DNA of 60,700 bases from Clostridia bacterium (GTDB lineage: Bacteria; Bacillota; Clostridia; DUPQ01), in NCBI GenBank assembly GCA_016935835.1, contig JAFGQE010000025.1, positions 1-60,700 of the forward strand, read 5' to 3'. This document shows positions 8,121 through 17,473 of this stretch, piece after piece (the stretch's first letter is position 1; every line of letters starts with the position of its first letter). The translations under genes and the position numbers were made by a program. The notes under the pieces were generated by a model. It was not told the origin of the DNA and did no database searches. It was given only the letters and a program-made list of their open reading frames with translations.

Positions 8121-8809
8121 TCATACTGGGAATGGACACATCCTGTGCGCAGGCATCCTGCGCATTATCAATTGAAGGAAGTGCTTTTGAAAAGAAGTCA
8201 ACGGAAGACAAGAGGAAGCATTCCCAGACCCTCATGCCGATGGTCGGGGAGTTGCTGGCGGAGCATGGGCTGAAAGCACGGGATATGGATGGATTTGCGA
8301 TATCCTGCGGCCCGGGTTCATTCACAGGTCTGCGAATAGGCATGGCTGCCATAAAGGGGCTCGCCTTCCCGCTTGGGAAAAAGATTTCCTGCGTGAATTC
8401 GCTTGATATACTCGCCAATGGCATTGAAAGGGCAAACGGCATCATATGCCCGATTATAGATGCCAGGAACAATCAGGTTTATACCGCTTTGTACAAAAAG
8501 GCCGGCAGTTTCAGCGTACCCGTCACAGAATACATGGGCATCGGTGTCATGGAGCTTGCCCGGATGCTGAAGGAAGAAGGGACAGGCGCAGTCATCTGCG
8601 GAGATGCTTCGCAGATGCACCGGGAGGTCCTGGCGAAGGAATCAGGGACGGTCATAGACAATCCGGGTCAGGATTTTCTTTATCCGTCCGCCGGTGTTCT
8701 TGTCAATTTGGTTCTGTGGGGGTATCCCGGCATCAGGATGGTTGAAGCATCGGAGGCGGTTCCGTTTTATCTTAGGGTGCCCCAGGCGGAGAGGCTGTAT
8801 GGGAAATAA
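8117..8809 (+). CDS. tsaB: tRNA t6A37 biosynthesis protein TsaB (YeaZ)
   Basis: MIILGMDTSCAQASCAL... and GPGSFTGLRIGMAAIKGLA. ATGA overlap with the tsaE stop. Confidence 0.88.
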   Translation: MIILGMDTSCAQASCALSIEGSAFEKKSTEDKRKHSQTLMPMVGELLAEHGLKARDMDGFAISCGPGSFTGLRIGMAAIKGLAFPLGKKISCVNSLDILANGIERANGIICPIIDARNNQVYTALYKKAGSFSVPVTEYMGIGVMELARMLKEEGTGAVICGDASQMHREVLAKESGTVIDNPGQDFLYPSAGVLVNLVLWGYPGIRMVEASEAVPFYLRVPQAERLYGK

Positions 8810-9257
8810 TTGGAATGAAATAAAGTTCGTACCGGCCGATGAAAGCCACATCGATCAGATGCATGAAATAGAGAAATCATCCTTCAGCATCCCATGGTCA
8901 TATGACAGTCTTTATCAGGATGTCTGCGAGCATGAGATTTCGGTATATATCGCGGGAATCTGCAATGGAGAGGTTGTAGCCTATGCGGGGCTTTGGTATG
9001 TCCTTGAGGAATCGCATGTCACCAACATAGCCGTCAGGGAGGATTTCAGAAACAGGGGTGTCGGCGGGCTTATGATGGAGCATATGTTCAGTGAGGCAAA
9101 AAGACTGGGTGTCAGGACAATGACGCTAGAGGTCAGGGAGTCAAATGCGGCGGCAATAAGATTGTACGAGAAAACGGGATTCTACAAAGTGGGGATAAGA
9201 AAGAAATATTATCCCGATACCGATGAGAATGCGATAATAATGAACAGGATGCTGTGA
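8799..9257 (+). CDS. rimI: Ribosomal-protein-alanine N-acetyltransferase RimI (GNAT)
   Basis: IDQMHEIEKSSFSIPWS..., NIAVREDFRNRGVGGLMM..., TLEVRESNAAAIRLYEKTGF. Position after tsaE-tsaB is the conserved context. Start at MGNNWNE overlaps the tsaB end. Confidence 0.85.
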   Translation: MGNNWNEIKFVPADESHIDQMHEIEKSSFSIPWSYDSLYQDVCEHEISVYIAGICNGEVVAYAGLWYVLEESHVTNIAVREDFRNRGVGGLMMEHMFSEAKRLGVRTMTLEVRESNAAAIRLYEKTGFYKVGIRKKYYPDTDENAIIMNRML

Positions 9258-9344
9258 TTTATCAAGACAATCCAGTATGGCGCAGCTTTGGCAGGGCCAT
9301 GGCAAAATTAAATGGCCGGCCTTGTTTTGTTATATAATAACCAT

Positions 9345-11177
9345 ATGCTTGATAATGATAAAACAACAAACTTCAATATAGCGGACGAATTGAAAAAACT
9401 GCCCCGCAAACCGGGCGTCTATCTTATGAAGGACAAATCCGGGAAAATAATATATGTAGGCAAGGCGGTTAACCTCAGCAACAGGGTAAGGTCGTATTTT
9501 ATGGGAGGGGAAAAGCCGGCCAGGATAAGCCGTATGGTTTCCCAGGTCAGGAGCTTTGAGTATATTGCGGCCAACGACGAGCGCGAGGCCTTCATAATCG
9601 AATGCAATCTGATCAAAAGCCACATGCCCCATTACAATATACTTTTAAAGGATGACAAGACTTATCCCTACATCAGGGTTTCGACGGCGGATGAATATCC
9701 TGCGCTCGGCATAACAAGGAAATATGCGGATGACGGGGCAAGGTACTTCGGGCCTTATCCCGAGAGGGTCTCCGCAAAGAAGGCGATGGGACTGCTCCAG
9801 ACTATATTCCCGGTAAGGACCTGCCGGAAGAAATCGATGGGGAAGGATACCCGGCCATGCCTCAATTACTATATAAAAAGATGCCCGGGGCCGTGCGCCG
9901 GCCTATGCACAAAGGAAGAGTACATGGTATCGGTAACCGGATTGCTCGGATTTCTTGACGGCAGGGCTCCGGAAATCATTGATGAACTTAAGAAAAAGAT
10001 GGATGATGCGAGCAGGGACCTCAGGTATGAGCAGGCGGCGGTTTACAGGGACAGTATTAACACATTGCGCAAGGCATCAGACATATATATGATCAAACCC
10101 GGCATGAAGAGGAGCGATGTCGCGGCCTGCGCCGCCGGTGATGGTCTTGCGGTCGTCTATATCCTTAACATTGAGAACAGCGCGGTTACCGGGCACTTGC
10201 AGTTTGAGTTCGATTCGTCGGCTGAAACCGATGAGGGATTGATATTGAGGGACTTCATGAGGCAGTATTATTCCGGGCGGAATATGATTCCCGATGAGAT
10301 AATAGCATGCAATGAGATTGAGAACATCGACTGGCTGGCTGAATGGATAAGTGCGAACAAGGGTCAAAAAGTATCGATCAAGGTCCCCGCAAGGGGAGAA
10401 AAAAAGAAGCTTGCCGATATGGCCGGTGAAAATGCAAGGCATGTGCTGTCCGCATATTCGGAAAGAAAGAACACTGACAGGTCCAATCTGGTTGACCTGG
10501 CATCCCTCCTTGAACTCGAGGTCTTGCCGGAAAGGATTGAGGCATTTGACATATCCAGCCTTTCAGGAAGGGATACCGTCGGTTCGATGGTTGTTTTCGA
10601 GGGCGGGAAGGCCGAAAAAAGCAGGTATCGAAGGTTTTCCGTAAAACAAGAGGCGCAGGGGGACGACCTGAAGGCCATGGCCGAGGTCGTCGGCCGAAGG
10701 ATTGCGCGTATCAACGACGGCAGGTTCGGGGCGCCGCCCGATCTGATAATGATTGACGGCGGGAGAAACCAAGTGAATGCGGCAAGGGCTGTGCTCGCCG
10801 GGGCGGGATATGACATTCCCATATGCGGTATGGTCAAGGACGACAGGCACGCCACCCGTGCGCTGATATATGAAGGGCGCGAATATCCGCTGATGAAGCA
10901 GGCTGCCCTGTTCAGGTTCGTCGCGTCAATGCAGAACGAGGCCCATAGGTTTGCGATTGAATTCAACAGGAAAAAGAGAAAAAAAAGATATTTTGATTCA
11001 GAACTGGACAATATACCGGGAATCGGAGAAAAGCGGAAAGAAAGCCTGATGAAGCATTTTGGTTCGTTGAGGGAGATAAGGGCTGCGGGAATATCGCAGC
11101 TTGAATCGGCGAAAGGTATAAGCGGCGCCCTGGCGGCTGAAATATATGCATATTTCCATGGAAGGAACGGACAATGA
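9345..11177 (+). CDS. uvrC: Excinuclease ABC subunit C
   Basis: GIY-YIG block PRKPGVYLMKDKSGKIIYVGKAVNLSNRVRSYF, a UVR-type segment (LRYEQAAVYRDSINTL) and a C-terminal HhH segment (IPGIGEKRKESLMKHFGSLREI). Confidence 0.95.
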   Translation: MLDNDKTTNFNIADELKKLPRKPGVYLMKDKSGKIIYVGKAVNLSNRVRSYFMGGEKPARISRMVSQVRSFEYIAANDEREAFIIECNLIKSHMPHYNILLKDDKTYPYIRVSTADEYPALGITRKYADDGARYFGPYPERVSAKKAMGLLQTIFPVRTCRKKSMGKDTRPCLNYYIKRCPGPCAGLCTKEEYMVSVTGLLGFLDGRAPEIIDELKKKMDDASRDLRYEQAAVYRDSINTLRKASDIYMIKPGMKRSDVAACAAGDGLAVVYILNIENSAVTGHLQFEFDSSAETDEGLILRDFMRQYYSGRNMIPDEIIACNEIENIDWLAEWISANKGQKVSIKVPARGEKKKLADMAGENARHVLSAYSERKNTDRSNLVDLASLLELEVLPERIEAFDISSLSGRDTVGSMVVFEGGKAEKSRYRRFSVKQEAQGDDLKAMAEVVGRRIARINDGRFGAPPDLIMIDGGRNQVNAARAVLAGAGYDIPICGMVKDDRHATRALIYEGREYPLMKQAALFRFVASMQNEAHRFAIEFNRKKRKKRYFDSELDNIPGIGEKRKESLMKHFGSLREIRAAGISQLESAKGISGALAAEIYAYFHGRNGQ

Positions 11178-11836
11178 AAGTATTTGCCATAGGAGACCTG
11201 CACCTGTCGCACCAGGTTGAAAAGCCAATGGATGTTTTCGGGGGCCACTGGCTTGGACATGCGGATAAAATCGAGGAAAACTGGAATGCAGCCGTGGGGG
11301 AGGGCGATACCGTCATAATTCCAGGGGATTTTTCTTGGGCGACATACCTGGGCCAGGCGGAGGAGGATTTCCTGTTTCTGGACAGGCTGCCCGGCAAAAA
11401 GATTCTTCTCAAGGGCAACCACGACTACTGGTGGGAAACAGTGACCAAGATGAAAAAGTTCCTGGATTCCATCGGGGCGTCGACCATAGGCTTTTTATAC
11501 AACAACGCGGTAATGGCGGGGGGAAGGTTTTTCTGCGGGACAAAGGGATGGGACCCGGAGGAAGAAAAGGATCCGGTGATAATCAACAGGGAGACTTTGA
11601 GGTTCAGGGCTTCCTTATCAGGGGCGGAGGCTGGAGGGGATATCACGGCTGTTTTCCATTATCCGCCGATGAATATACCGGGGCTTGTTTCAATAATGAA
11701 TGAGCATGGTGTGGTTAAATGCATATACGGACATGTCCACGGGACCCCGCAGCCCCTCCAGTGGTACGAAAAGGATGGAATTGAGTATCTGAACGTTGCC
11801 GCCGACCGCACTGATTTTTGCCCGGTGGAGATATAA
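11174..11836 (+). CDS. Calcineurin-like metallophosphoesterase
   Basis: MKVFAIGDLHLS..., IIPGDFSW..., LKGNHDYWW..., YGHVHG are the metallophosphoesterase motifs. ATGA overlap with the uvrC stop. Confidence 0.8.
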   Translation: MKVFAIGDLHLSHQVEKPMDVFGGHWLGHADKIEENWNAAVGEGDTVIIPGDFSWATYLGQAEEDFLFLDRLPGKKILLKGNHDYWWETVTKMKKFLDSIGASTIGFLYNNAVMAGGRFFCGTKGWDPEEEKDPVIINRETLRFRASLSGAEAGGDITAVFHYPPMNIPGLVSIMNEHGVVKCIYGHVHGTPQPLQWYEKDGIEYLNVAADRTDFCPVEI

Positions 11837-11912
11837 ATGCGTTGCCCGGGGTAAAATAAATACCATGGCAGGTATTCACTGAAAGAAATTTCATGTGATT
11901 TATACGGATGTG

Positions 11913-11921
11913 TGATATAAT
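11913..11921 (+). promoter_or_regulatory. Extended -10 element TGATATAAT upstream of tig
   Basis: tgatataat at 11913-11921, about 60 nt upstream of the tig ATG. The -35 is poor. Confidence 0.4.
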
Positions 11922-11979
11922 ATTCCAGCTGTGCTAATTGCCGGCTTTTTAGTAATGCAATATTGGAGGATATGGATAC

Positions 11980-13320
11980 ATGGGAGCAAAAGTAGTTAAA
12001 GTGGATGGTTACAAGACGAACCTGGAAATCAGCATTTCACCCGAAGAGTTGAAGGACGGGATAAGAAGGGCATACAACAAGACCAGGGGCAGGTACAACA
12101 TCCAGGGTTTCAGAAAAGGCAAGGCGCCCCAGTACATGATCGAAAGGGTATACGGGACGGGCGTGTTTTTTGAAGAAGCCATCAATATACTTTTCCCGGA
12201 GCACTATGACAAGGCGATCGATGAAACGGGTATTTTCCCTGTTGACAGGCCTTCCATAGACATAAAGGATATAGACCTTGAAAAAGGACTTGTGATAGTG
12301 GTTGACGTTGACGTCAAGCCCGAGGTCAAATTAGGCAAATACAAGGGTGTTGAAATAGAAAAGATCGAGGCGAAGGTAAGCGCGGCGGATGTTGTCGGGG
12401 CCCTTGACGCCGAGGTGAAGAAGAATGCCAGGACGATAACAGTGGAAGACAGGCCCGTTAAAAATGACGATACGGTAATAATCGATTTTGAAGGTTTTGT
12501 CGATGGCGAGGCGTTCGAAGGCGGAAAAGCCGAGGGACACCAGCTTAAGATAGGCTCCGGCCAGTTCATCCCGGGTTTTGAAGAGCAGATAATCGGCAGG
12601 GGCGCGGGCGAGGAATTCGATGTCTCCGTGAGTTTTCCCGAGGATTACCAGGCCGAGGAACTCAAGGGAAAACCGGCGGTATTCAAGGTGGTGCTTCATG
12701 AAATCAAGGAAACCGAATTACCGGTCCTTGATGATGAGTTCGCCAAGGATGTGTCGGAGTTCGACACTCTTGCCGAGTATAAGGAAGACTTGAAGAAGAG
12801 CATGCTTGACAGCAGGAAAAAGGAAGCCGAAAATGCAATGAAAGACGCGGCATTGTCCGCGGCCATGGACGCGGCGGAGGTTGAAATACCTCCGGCGATG
12901 GTGGACAGGCGCATCGACGGCCAGGTCAAGGATTTTGAAATGAGGCTCAGATACCAGGGAATGCAGCTTGAGCAGTATCTGGGTATGATAGGAATGGATG
13001 AAGCCGGTCTCCGCGAGCAGTTCAGGCCGACATCAACCGACCAGGTGAAATCGCAGCTGGTGGTCGAGGCGATCTCGGTAAGGGAGGGAATAGAGGCTTC
13101 GGATGAGGAACTTGAGAAGAAGATTGATGAAGCCGCCAAAAATTATGGCATGAAGCCCGAGGACTACAGGAAAAACCTAAATGAGGAATACATGTCGTAC
13201 ATGAAGGAAGGGATTGTCTATGAGAAGACAATTGATTTCATATATGATAACGCGGTGAAAACAAAGAAAGCAAAAAAAGCTGCCCGGGATGATGAAGGCA
13301 AAGCTTCGGAACAGGGTTAA
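11980..13320 (+). CDS. tig: Trigger factor
   Basis: N-terminal ribosome-binding block GFRKGKAP, an FKBP-type PPIase middle domain (DFEGFVDGEAFEGGKAEGHQLKIGSGQFIPGFEEQIIG), and position upstream of clpP-clpX. Confidence 0.95.
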   Translation: MGAKVVKVDGYKTNLEISISPEELKDGIRRAYNKTRGRYNIQGFRKGKAPQYMIERVYGTGVFFEEAINILFPEHYDKAIDETGIFPVDRPSIDIKDIDLEKGLVIVVDVDVKPEVKLGKYKGVEIEKIEAKVSAADVVGALDAEVKKNARTITVEDRPVKNDDTVIIDFEGFVDGEAFEGGKAEGHQLKIGSGQFIPGFEEQIIGRGAGEEFDVSVSFPEDYQAEELKGKPAVFKVVLHEIKETELPVLDDEFAKDVSEFDTLAEYKEDLKKSMLDSRKKEAENAMKDAALSAAMDAAEVEIPPAMVDRRIDGQVKDFEMRLRYQGMQLEQYLGMIGMDEAGLREQFRPTSTDQVKSQLVVEAISVREGIEASDEELEKKIDEAAKNYGMKPEDYRKNLNEEYMSYMKEGIVYEKTIDFIYDNAVKTKKAKKAARDDEGKASEQG

Positions 13321-13369
13321 AAAAGATCCTGCAGGGTAGTATAATGAGTTTCATAAAGGAGGTATTTTT

Positions 13370-13948
13370 ATGAGCTTGGTACCGATAGTAGTAGAACAGA
13401 CAAACAGAGGCGAAAGGTCCTATGATATATTTTCAAGGCTGTTGAAGGACAGAATCATATTTCTTGGAGAGGAAGTCAATGACGTAACGGCCAGCCTGGT
13501 CATCGCGCAGATGCTTTTTCTCGAGCATGAAGACCCGGAAAAGGACATAAAGCTTTATATAAACAGCCCTGGAGGTTCGATTACGTCGGGCCTTGCTATA
13601 TATGACACGATGAGGTATGTGAAATGCGATGTGTCGACGATGTGCGTAGGGCTTGGCGCGAGCATGGGGGCGTTCCTTCTGTCCGCGGGTACAAAGGGGA
13701 AAAGGTTTGCGCTTCCCAACAGCCAGATACTCATTCACCAGCCCCTTGGCGGGATGCAAGGGCAGGCGACTGACATAAAGATACATACGGAATGGCTGCT
13801 CAGAATCAAGGATACTCTCAACAAGGCGTTGAGCGAGAACACTGGCCAGCCTCTTGAAAAAATTGAAAGAGACGTCGAAAGGGATTATTTCATGAGCGCC
13901 GCGGAGGCAATGGAATATGGGCTCATCGATAAGGTCATGAATAAATAA
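13370..13948 (+). CDS. clpP: ATP-dependent Clp protease proteolytic subunit
   Basis: [30 protein letters not shown] ... [11 protein letters not shown] ... IHQPLGG is canonical ClpP. Confidence 0.97.
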   Translation: MSLVPIVVEQTNRGERSYDIFSRLLKDRIIFLGEEVNDVTASLVIAQMLFLEHEDPEKDIKLYINSPGGSITSGLAIYDTMRYVKCDVSTMCVGLGASMGAFLLSAGTKGKRFALPNSQILIHQPLGGMQGQATDIKIHTEWLLRIKDTLNKALSENTGQPLEKIERDVERDYFMSAAEAMEYGLIDKVMNK

Positions 13949-14002
13949 AGCAGGATTTTATCCTGTGCATGCGGAAATTACATCCGCAGGGAGGATTCCA
14001 AT

Positions 14003-15265
14003 ATGTCAAAGGAAATCGGAGGGGACAAGATAACCAAGTGTTCCTTTTGCGGTAAAAGCCAGAACCAGGTAGACAGGATTATAGCAGGTCCTGGTGTTCA
14101 TATATGCAATGAATGCATAGAATTATGCAATGAAATAATGGAGAATGATTACTCTGAAGTCGACGACATGCTGGAAAATCCGGATGTCAGTTTGCCGGTG
14201 CCCGCTGAAATCAAGGCCAGGCTGGACGAATATATCATCGGCCAGGAGGAAGCAAAGAAGACGGTAGCGGTGGCCGTCTATAACCACTACAAAAGGATCA
14301 TGCAGAAGAACTCGGATGACGACACCGAAATCCAAAAGAGCAATATCCTGATACTGGGACCGACGGGAACGGGAAAAACATATATCGCGCAGACGCTTGC
14401 GAAAATACTGGATGTTCCTTTTGCGATAGCTGACGCCACGACCCTGACCGAAGCCGGATATGTCGGGGAGGATGTGGAGAACATTCTCCTGAGGCTGATA
14501 CAGGCGGCCGAATTCGACATTGAAAAGGCTCAGAAGGGCATCATTTACATCGATGAGATAGACAAGATATCCAGAAGGAGCGAAAATCCGTCAATAACCC
14601 GCGATGTCAGCGGCGAAGGAGTTCAGCAGGCCCTTTTGAAAATACTTGAGGGAACCGTTGCCAATGTTCCGCCGCTCGGCGGAAGAAAACATCCGCAGCA
14701 GGAGTACATACCAATCGATACGTCGAACATACTTTTCATATGCGGAGGGGCTTTCCAGGGAATTGAGGAAATCATTCAGAACAGGCTCGGGAAAAGGTCA
14801 ATCGGCTTTGGAGCCGACCTTACATTGAAGAACAGCGTCGAGGCAGTCGAGACATACCAATTCGTCGAGCCGGAGGATTTGCTGAAATACGGGCTTATCC
14901 CTGAATTGATCGGCAGGATACCCGTCGTCGTTTCGGTGCACCAGCTGTCGGAGGAATCCCTTGTGACAATTCTGAAAAGACCTAAAAACGCACTGGTAAA
15001 GCAATATTCCAAGCTGTTCAACATGGACGACTGCGACATAGAGTTCACGGAAGGTGCGCTCAGGGCGGTTGCAAAGAAGGCCCTCGAAAGAAAGACGGGC
15101 GCAAGGGGGCTTCGCTCGATACTTGAAAAGGCCATGATGGAAACAATGTATGAGATTCCGTCCGACAAGGATGCAATCAAATGTATAGTCGATGAATCGA
15201 CCATCCTGATGGGCACCAAGCCAAAGATACTGTATGCGGGCAAAAAGAAAGAATCCGCGTCCTGA
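14003..15265 (+). CDS. clpX: ATP-dependent Clp protease ATP-binding subunit ClpX
   Basis: Zinc-finger [27 protein letters not shown], Walker A GPTGTGKT, Walker [11 protein letters not shown]. Confidence 0.97.
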   Translation: MSKEIGGDKITKCSFCGKSQNQVDRIIAGPGVHICNECIELCNEIMENDYSEVDDMLENPDVSLPVPAEIKARLDEYIIGQEEAKKTVAVAVYNHYKRIMQKNSDDDTEIQKSNILILGPTGTGKTYIAQTLAKILDVPFAIADATTLTEAGYVGEDVENILLRLIQAAEFDIEKAQKGIIYIDEIDKISRRSENPSITRDVSGEGVQQALLKILEGTVANVPPLGGRKHPQQEYIPIDTSNILFICGGAFQGIEEIIQNRLGKRSIGFGADLTLKNSVEAVETYQFVEPEDLLKYGLIPELIGRIPVVVSVHQLSEESLVTILKRPKNALVKQYSKLFNMDDCDIEFTEGALRAVAKKALERKTGARGLRSILEKAMMETMYEIPSDKDAIKCIVDESTILMGTKPKILYAGKKKESAS

Positions 15266-15272
15266 CAATACT

Positions 15273-15299
15273 AAAGAGGCTGGCATGCCTCTTTTTTTT
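15273..15299 (+). terminator. Rho-independent terminator after clpX
   Basis: aaagaggc / tggcat / gcctcttt followed by tttttt. Confidence 0.8.
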
Positions 15300-15412
15300 A
15301 TTCTGATTTTAAGCCCGCGCTGCATTGGCCGCAATGAAACGGCCATTCCTTTTGTGTTGTAATCGGAGCAGGCATACAATATAATCAAAATAGTAAATTT
15401 GCGGTGGTGGAT

Positions 15413-16210
15413 ATGACTTTTTTAGAGGCTTTGATACTTGGCATAATACAGGGACTTACGGAATTCCTGCCGGTCAGCAGCTCCGGGCATCTTGTAATTT
15501 TTGAAAAAATCCTTGGCATTGAGGGAGGGACGATGTACTTCAATGTCATGGTCCATCTTGCAACCCTTGCGGCGGTTTGCATTGCCCTTTGGAGCGAGGT
15601 GCTGGCGCTTGTAAAGAAACCGTTCTGCAGGATGACCGGCATGCTCATAATAGCCACGGTTCCGGCGGTTGCCGCAGGTTTGCTGCTGAACGACATTTTT
15701 GAGGAAGTCAACGCCAGTGGAGTCACCGTGGGCTTCGGGCTCCTGGTGACGGGCGCCGTATTGCTTATATCCTCGGCATTGAAACCAGGCAATAATGGGA
15801 TTAATGAAGTGAAATGGCATCATGCGATTGTTGCAGGCATCGCCCAGGCCATTGCGATAGTTCCCGGCATATCCAGGTCGGGCATGACCATATCGGCGGA
15901 CCTTGCCTTGAAAATGAACAAGGAGCTTGCGGTCAAATTCGCCTTTTTAATGTCTGTTCCGGTAATACTCGGGGGCTTTGTCCTTGAAACAATGCAGCTG
16001 GTATCCTCGGGGGCTGGGGAAATGGATTGGCTGCCTGTTTTGGCCGGGATGCTTTCAGCCGGCATCTCAGGCTACTTCGCGATAAAGTTTTTTATAAAGA
16101 CGGTAATGAAGGGAAAACTGAAGTGGTTCGCCTATTACGCATTCGCCGTGGCGGGACTGGTCCTTGCAGACCAGCTGTTCTTCGGGGTTTTTTTTGACAG
16201 GCTGTTTTGA
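15413..16210 (+). CDS. uppP: Undecaprenyl-diphosphate phosphatase
   Basis: LEALILGIIQGLTEFLPVSSSGHL and PGISRSGMTI are the BacA/UppP signatures. ATG at 15413 within ORF 15404..16210. Confidence 0.92.
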   Translation: MTFLEALILGIIQGLTEFLPVSSSGHLVIFEKILGIEGGTMYFNVMVHLATLAAVCIALWSEVLALVKKPFCRMTGMLIIATVPAVAAGLLLNDIFEEVNASGVTVGFGLLVTGAVLLISSALKPGNNGINEVKWHHAIVAGIAQAIAIVPGISRSGMTISADLALKMNKELAVKFAFLMSVPVILGGFVLETMQLVSSGAGEMDWLPVLAGMLSAGISGYFAIKFFIKTVMKGKLKWFAYYAFAVAGLVLADQLFFGVFFDRLF

Positions 16211-16224
16211 TCAAGGGAGAAAAA

Positions 16225-17232
16225 ATGATTGTCCTTGCGATAGAGACCAGTTGTGACGAGACCGCATGTGCCATTGTAAAAGATGGAAGGGACGTGCTGT
16301 CCAATATAATATCGTCCCAGGCGGAGCTGTTTGAGAAATATGGAGGCGTAGTTCCTGAAATTGCTTCAAGGAAACATATGGAATACATGATTCCGGTTGT
16401 AAGCGAGGCGATGCAAACAGCGGGCATCGGGTTTGGCGATGTCGATGCAGTTGCCGTCACCAAGGGGCCGGGTTTGGTCGGGGCGCTGCTTGCCGGCATA
16501 TCACTTGCCAAGGGAATCGCCATGGCGATGGAGAAACCGCTGATCGGTGTGAATCACCTTGAAGGGCATATAGCGGCGAACTACATAGGATGGCCGGAAC
16601 TGGAGCCGCCTTTTCTTTGTCTTTTGGTTTCAGGCGGGCACTCCCACATCCTGAGGGTAGACGATTACACTGACATAAAGGTGCTTGGGAGGACAAGGGA
16701 CGACGCCGCCGGTGAGGCCTTTGACAAGATTGCCAGGGCAATCGGACTTGGATACCCGGGAGGGCCGAAGGTTGATGCGCATGCCGCCATGGGAAACAGA
16801 TCGGCTTATGACCTGCCGAGAACAAAATTCAAGGACAATCCGTACGACTTCAGTTTCAGCGGACTAAAGACAGCTGTTTTGAACATAGCGAACAATTCAA
16901 TGCAAAAGGACGGCGCGATAAATGTAGACGACATCTGCGCATCCTTTCAATATACTGTTGCCAGGGTGCTGGTGGAAAACACCATGGAAGCCGCTGATGA
17001 AACAGGAGTAAGGACCATAGTCGTTGCGGGAGGTGTTGCGGCCAATTCCGGCCTGAGGCGGGAGATGGCGGCTGAATGTTTCGCCCATGGATATAAACTG
17101 CATTTCCCCCCGCTTGAACTTTGCACCGACAATGCCGCCATGATAGGGTCCGCGGCATATTTTCATTTGATCAAAGGGGAAAGCGACGATTATTCGCTAA
17201 ACGCCGTCCCATCGCTGAAGCTCGGCGTATAA
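16225..17232 (+). CDS. tsaD: tRNA N6-adenosine threonylcarbamoyltransferase TsaD (Kae1/Gcp)
   Basis: MIVLAIETSCDETACAIV..., GVNHLEGHI..., LLVSGGHS..., VAGGVAANS. Start at 16225 after GGGAGAAAA. Confidence 0.93.
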   Translation: MIVLAIETSCDETACAIVKDGRDVLSNIISSQAELFEKYGGVVPEIASRKHMEYMIPVVSEAMQTAGIGFGDVDAVAVTKGPGLVGALLAGISLAKGIAMAMEKPLIGVNHLEGHIAANYIGWPELEPPFLCLLVSGGHSHILRVDDYTDIKVLGRTRDDAAGEAFDKIARAIGLGYPGGPKVDAHAAMGNRSAYDLPRTKFKDNPYDFSFSGLKTAVLNIANNSMQKDGAINVDDICASFQYTVARVLVENTMEAADETGVRTIVVAGGVAANSGLRREMAAECFAHGYKLHFPPLELCTDNAAMIGSAAYFHLIKGESDDYSLNAVPSLKLGV

Positions 17233-17473
17233 AACCAAATAAATCAACAGGCCCATCTGTGGATAAAATCCAAAATCACGCTGAAACCAAATATATATTT
17301 ATACTTCTTTTAGGGCCTGCCTGTTGAAAAACATGTTGAAAACCCTCGAAAACCTGTTAAGAACCCCAATAAATAAAATATCCCGGGAAATTCTGCTGGT
17401 TTTTAAGGTCCATTTATGAATTTGTGCTGTTCAGGTGTTAAAATTATAGTCAGGATTAATCCGGGGGTGTTTT

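Noticed and set aside
10364-11422. A long (352 aa) minus-strand ORF opposite uvrC. Similar long antisense ORFs lie at 6464..7252, 25575..26345, 29314..29955, 50151..50810 and 53185..54219.
   Set aside because: Each lies entirely antisense to a gene with strong family motifs. Their translations are low-complexity and Arg/Pro/Ser-rich with no recognisable motifs or RBS. They are shadow ORFs.
17243-17325. A long-range inverted repeat, caacaggccc ... gggcctgcctgttg, after tsaD as a possible terminator.
   Set aside because: The arms are separated by about 60 nt of AT-rich loop and need a 4-nt bulge, and no U-tract follows. It is not a convincing intrinsic terminator.
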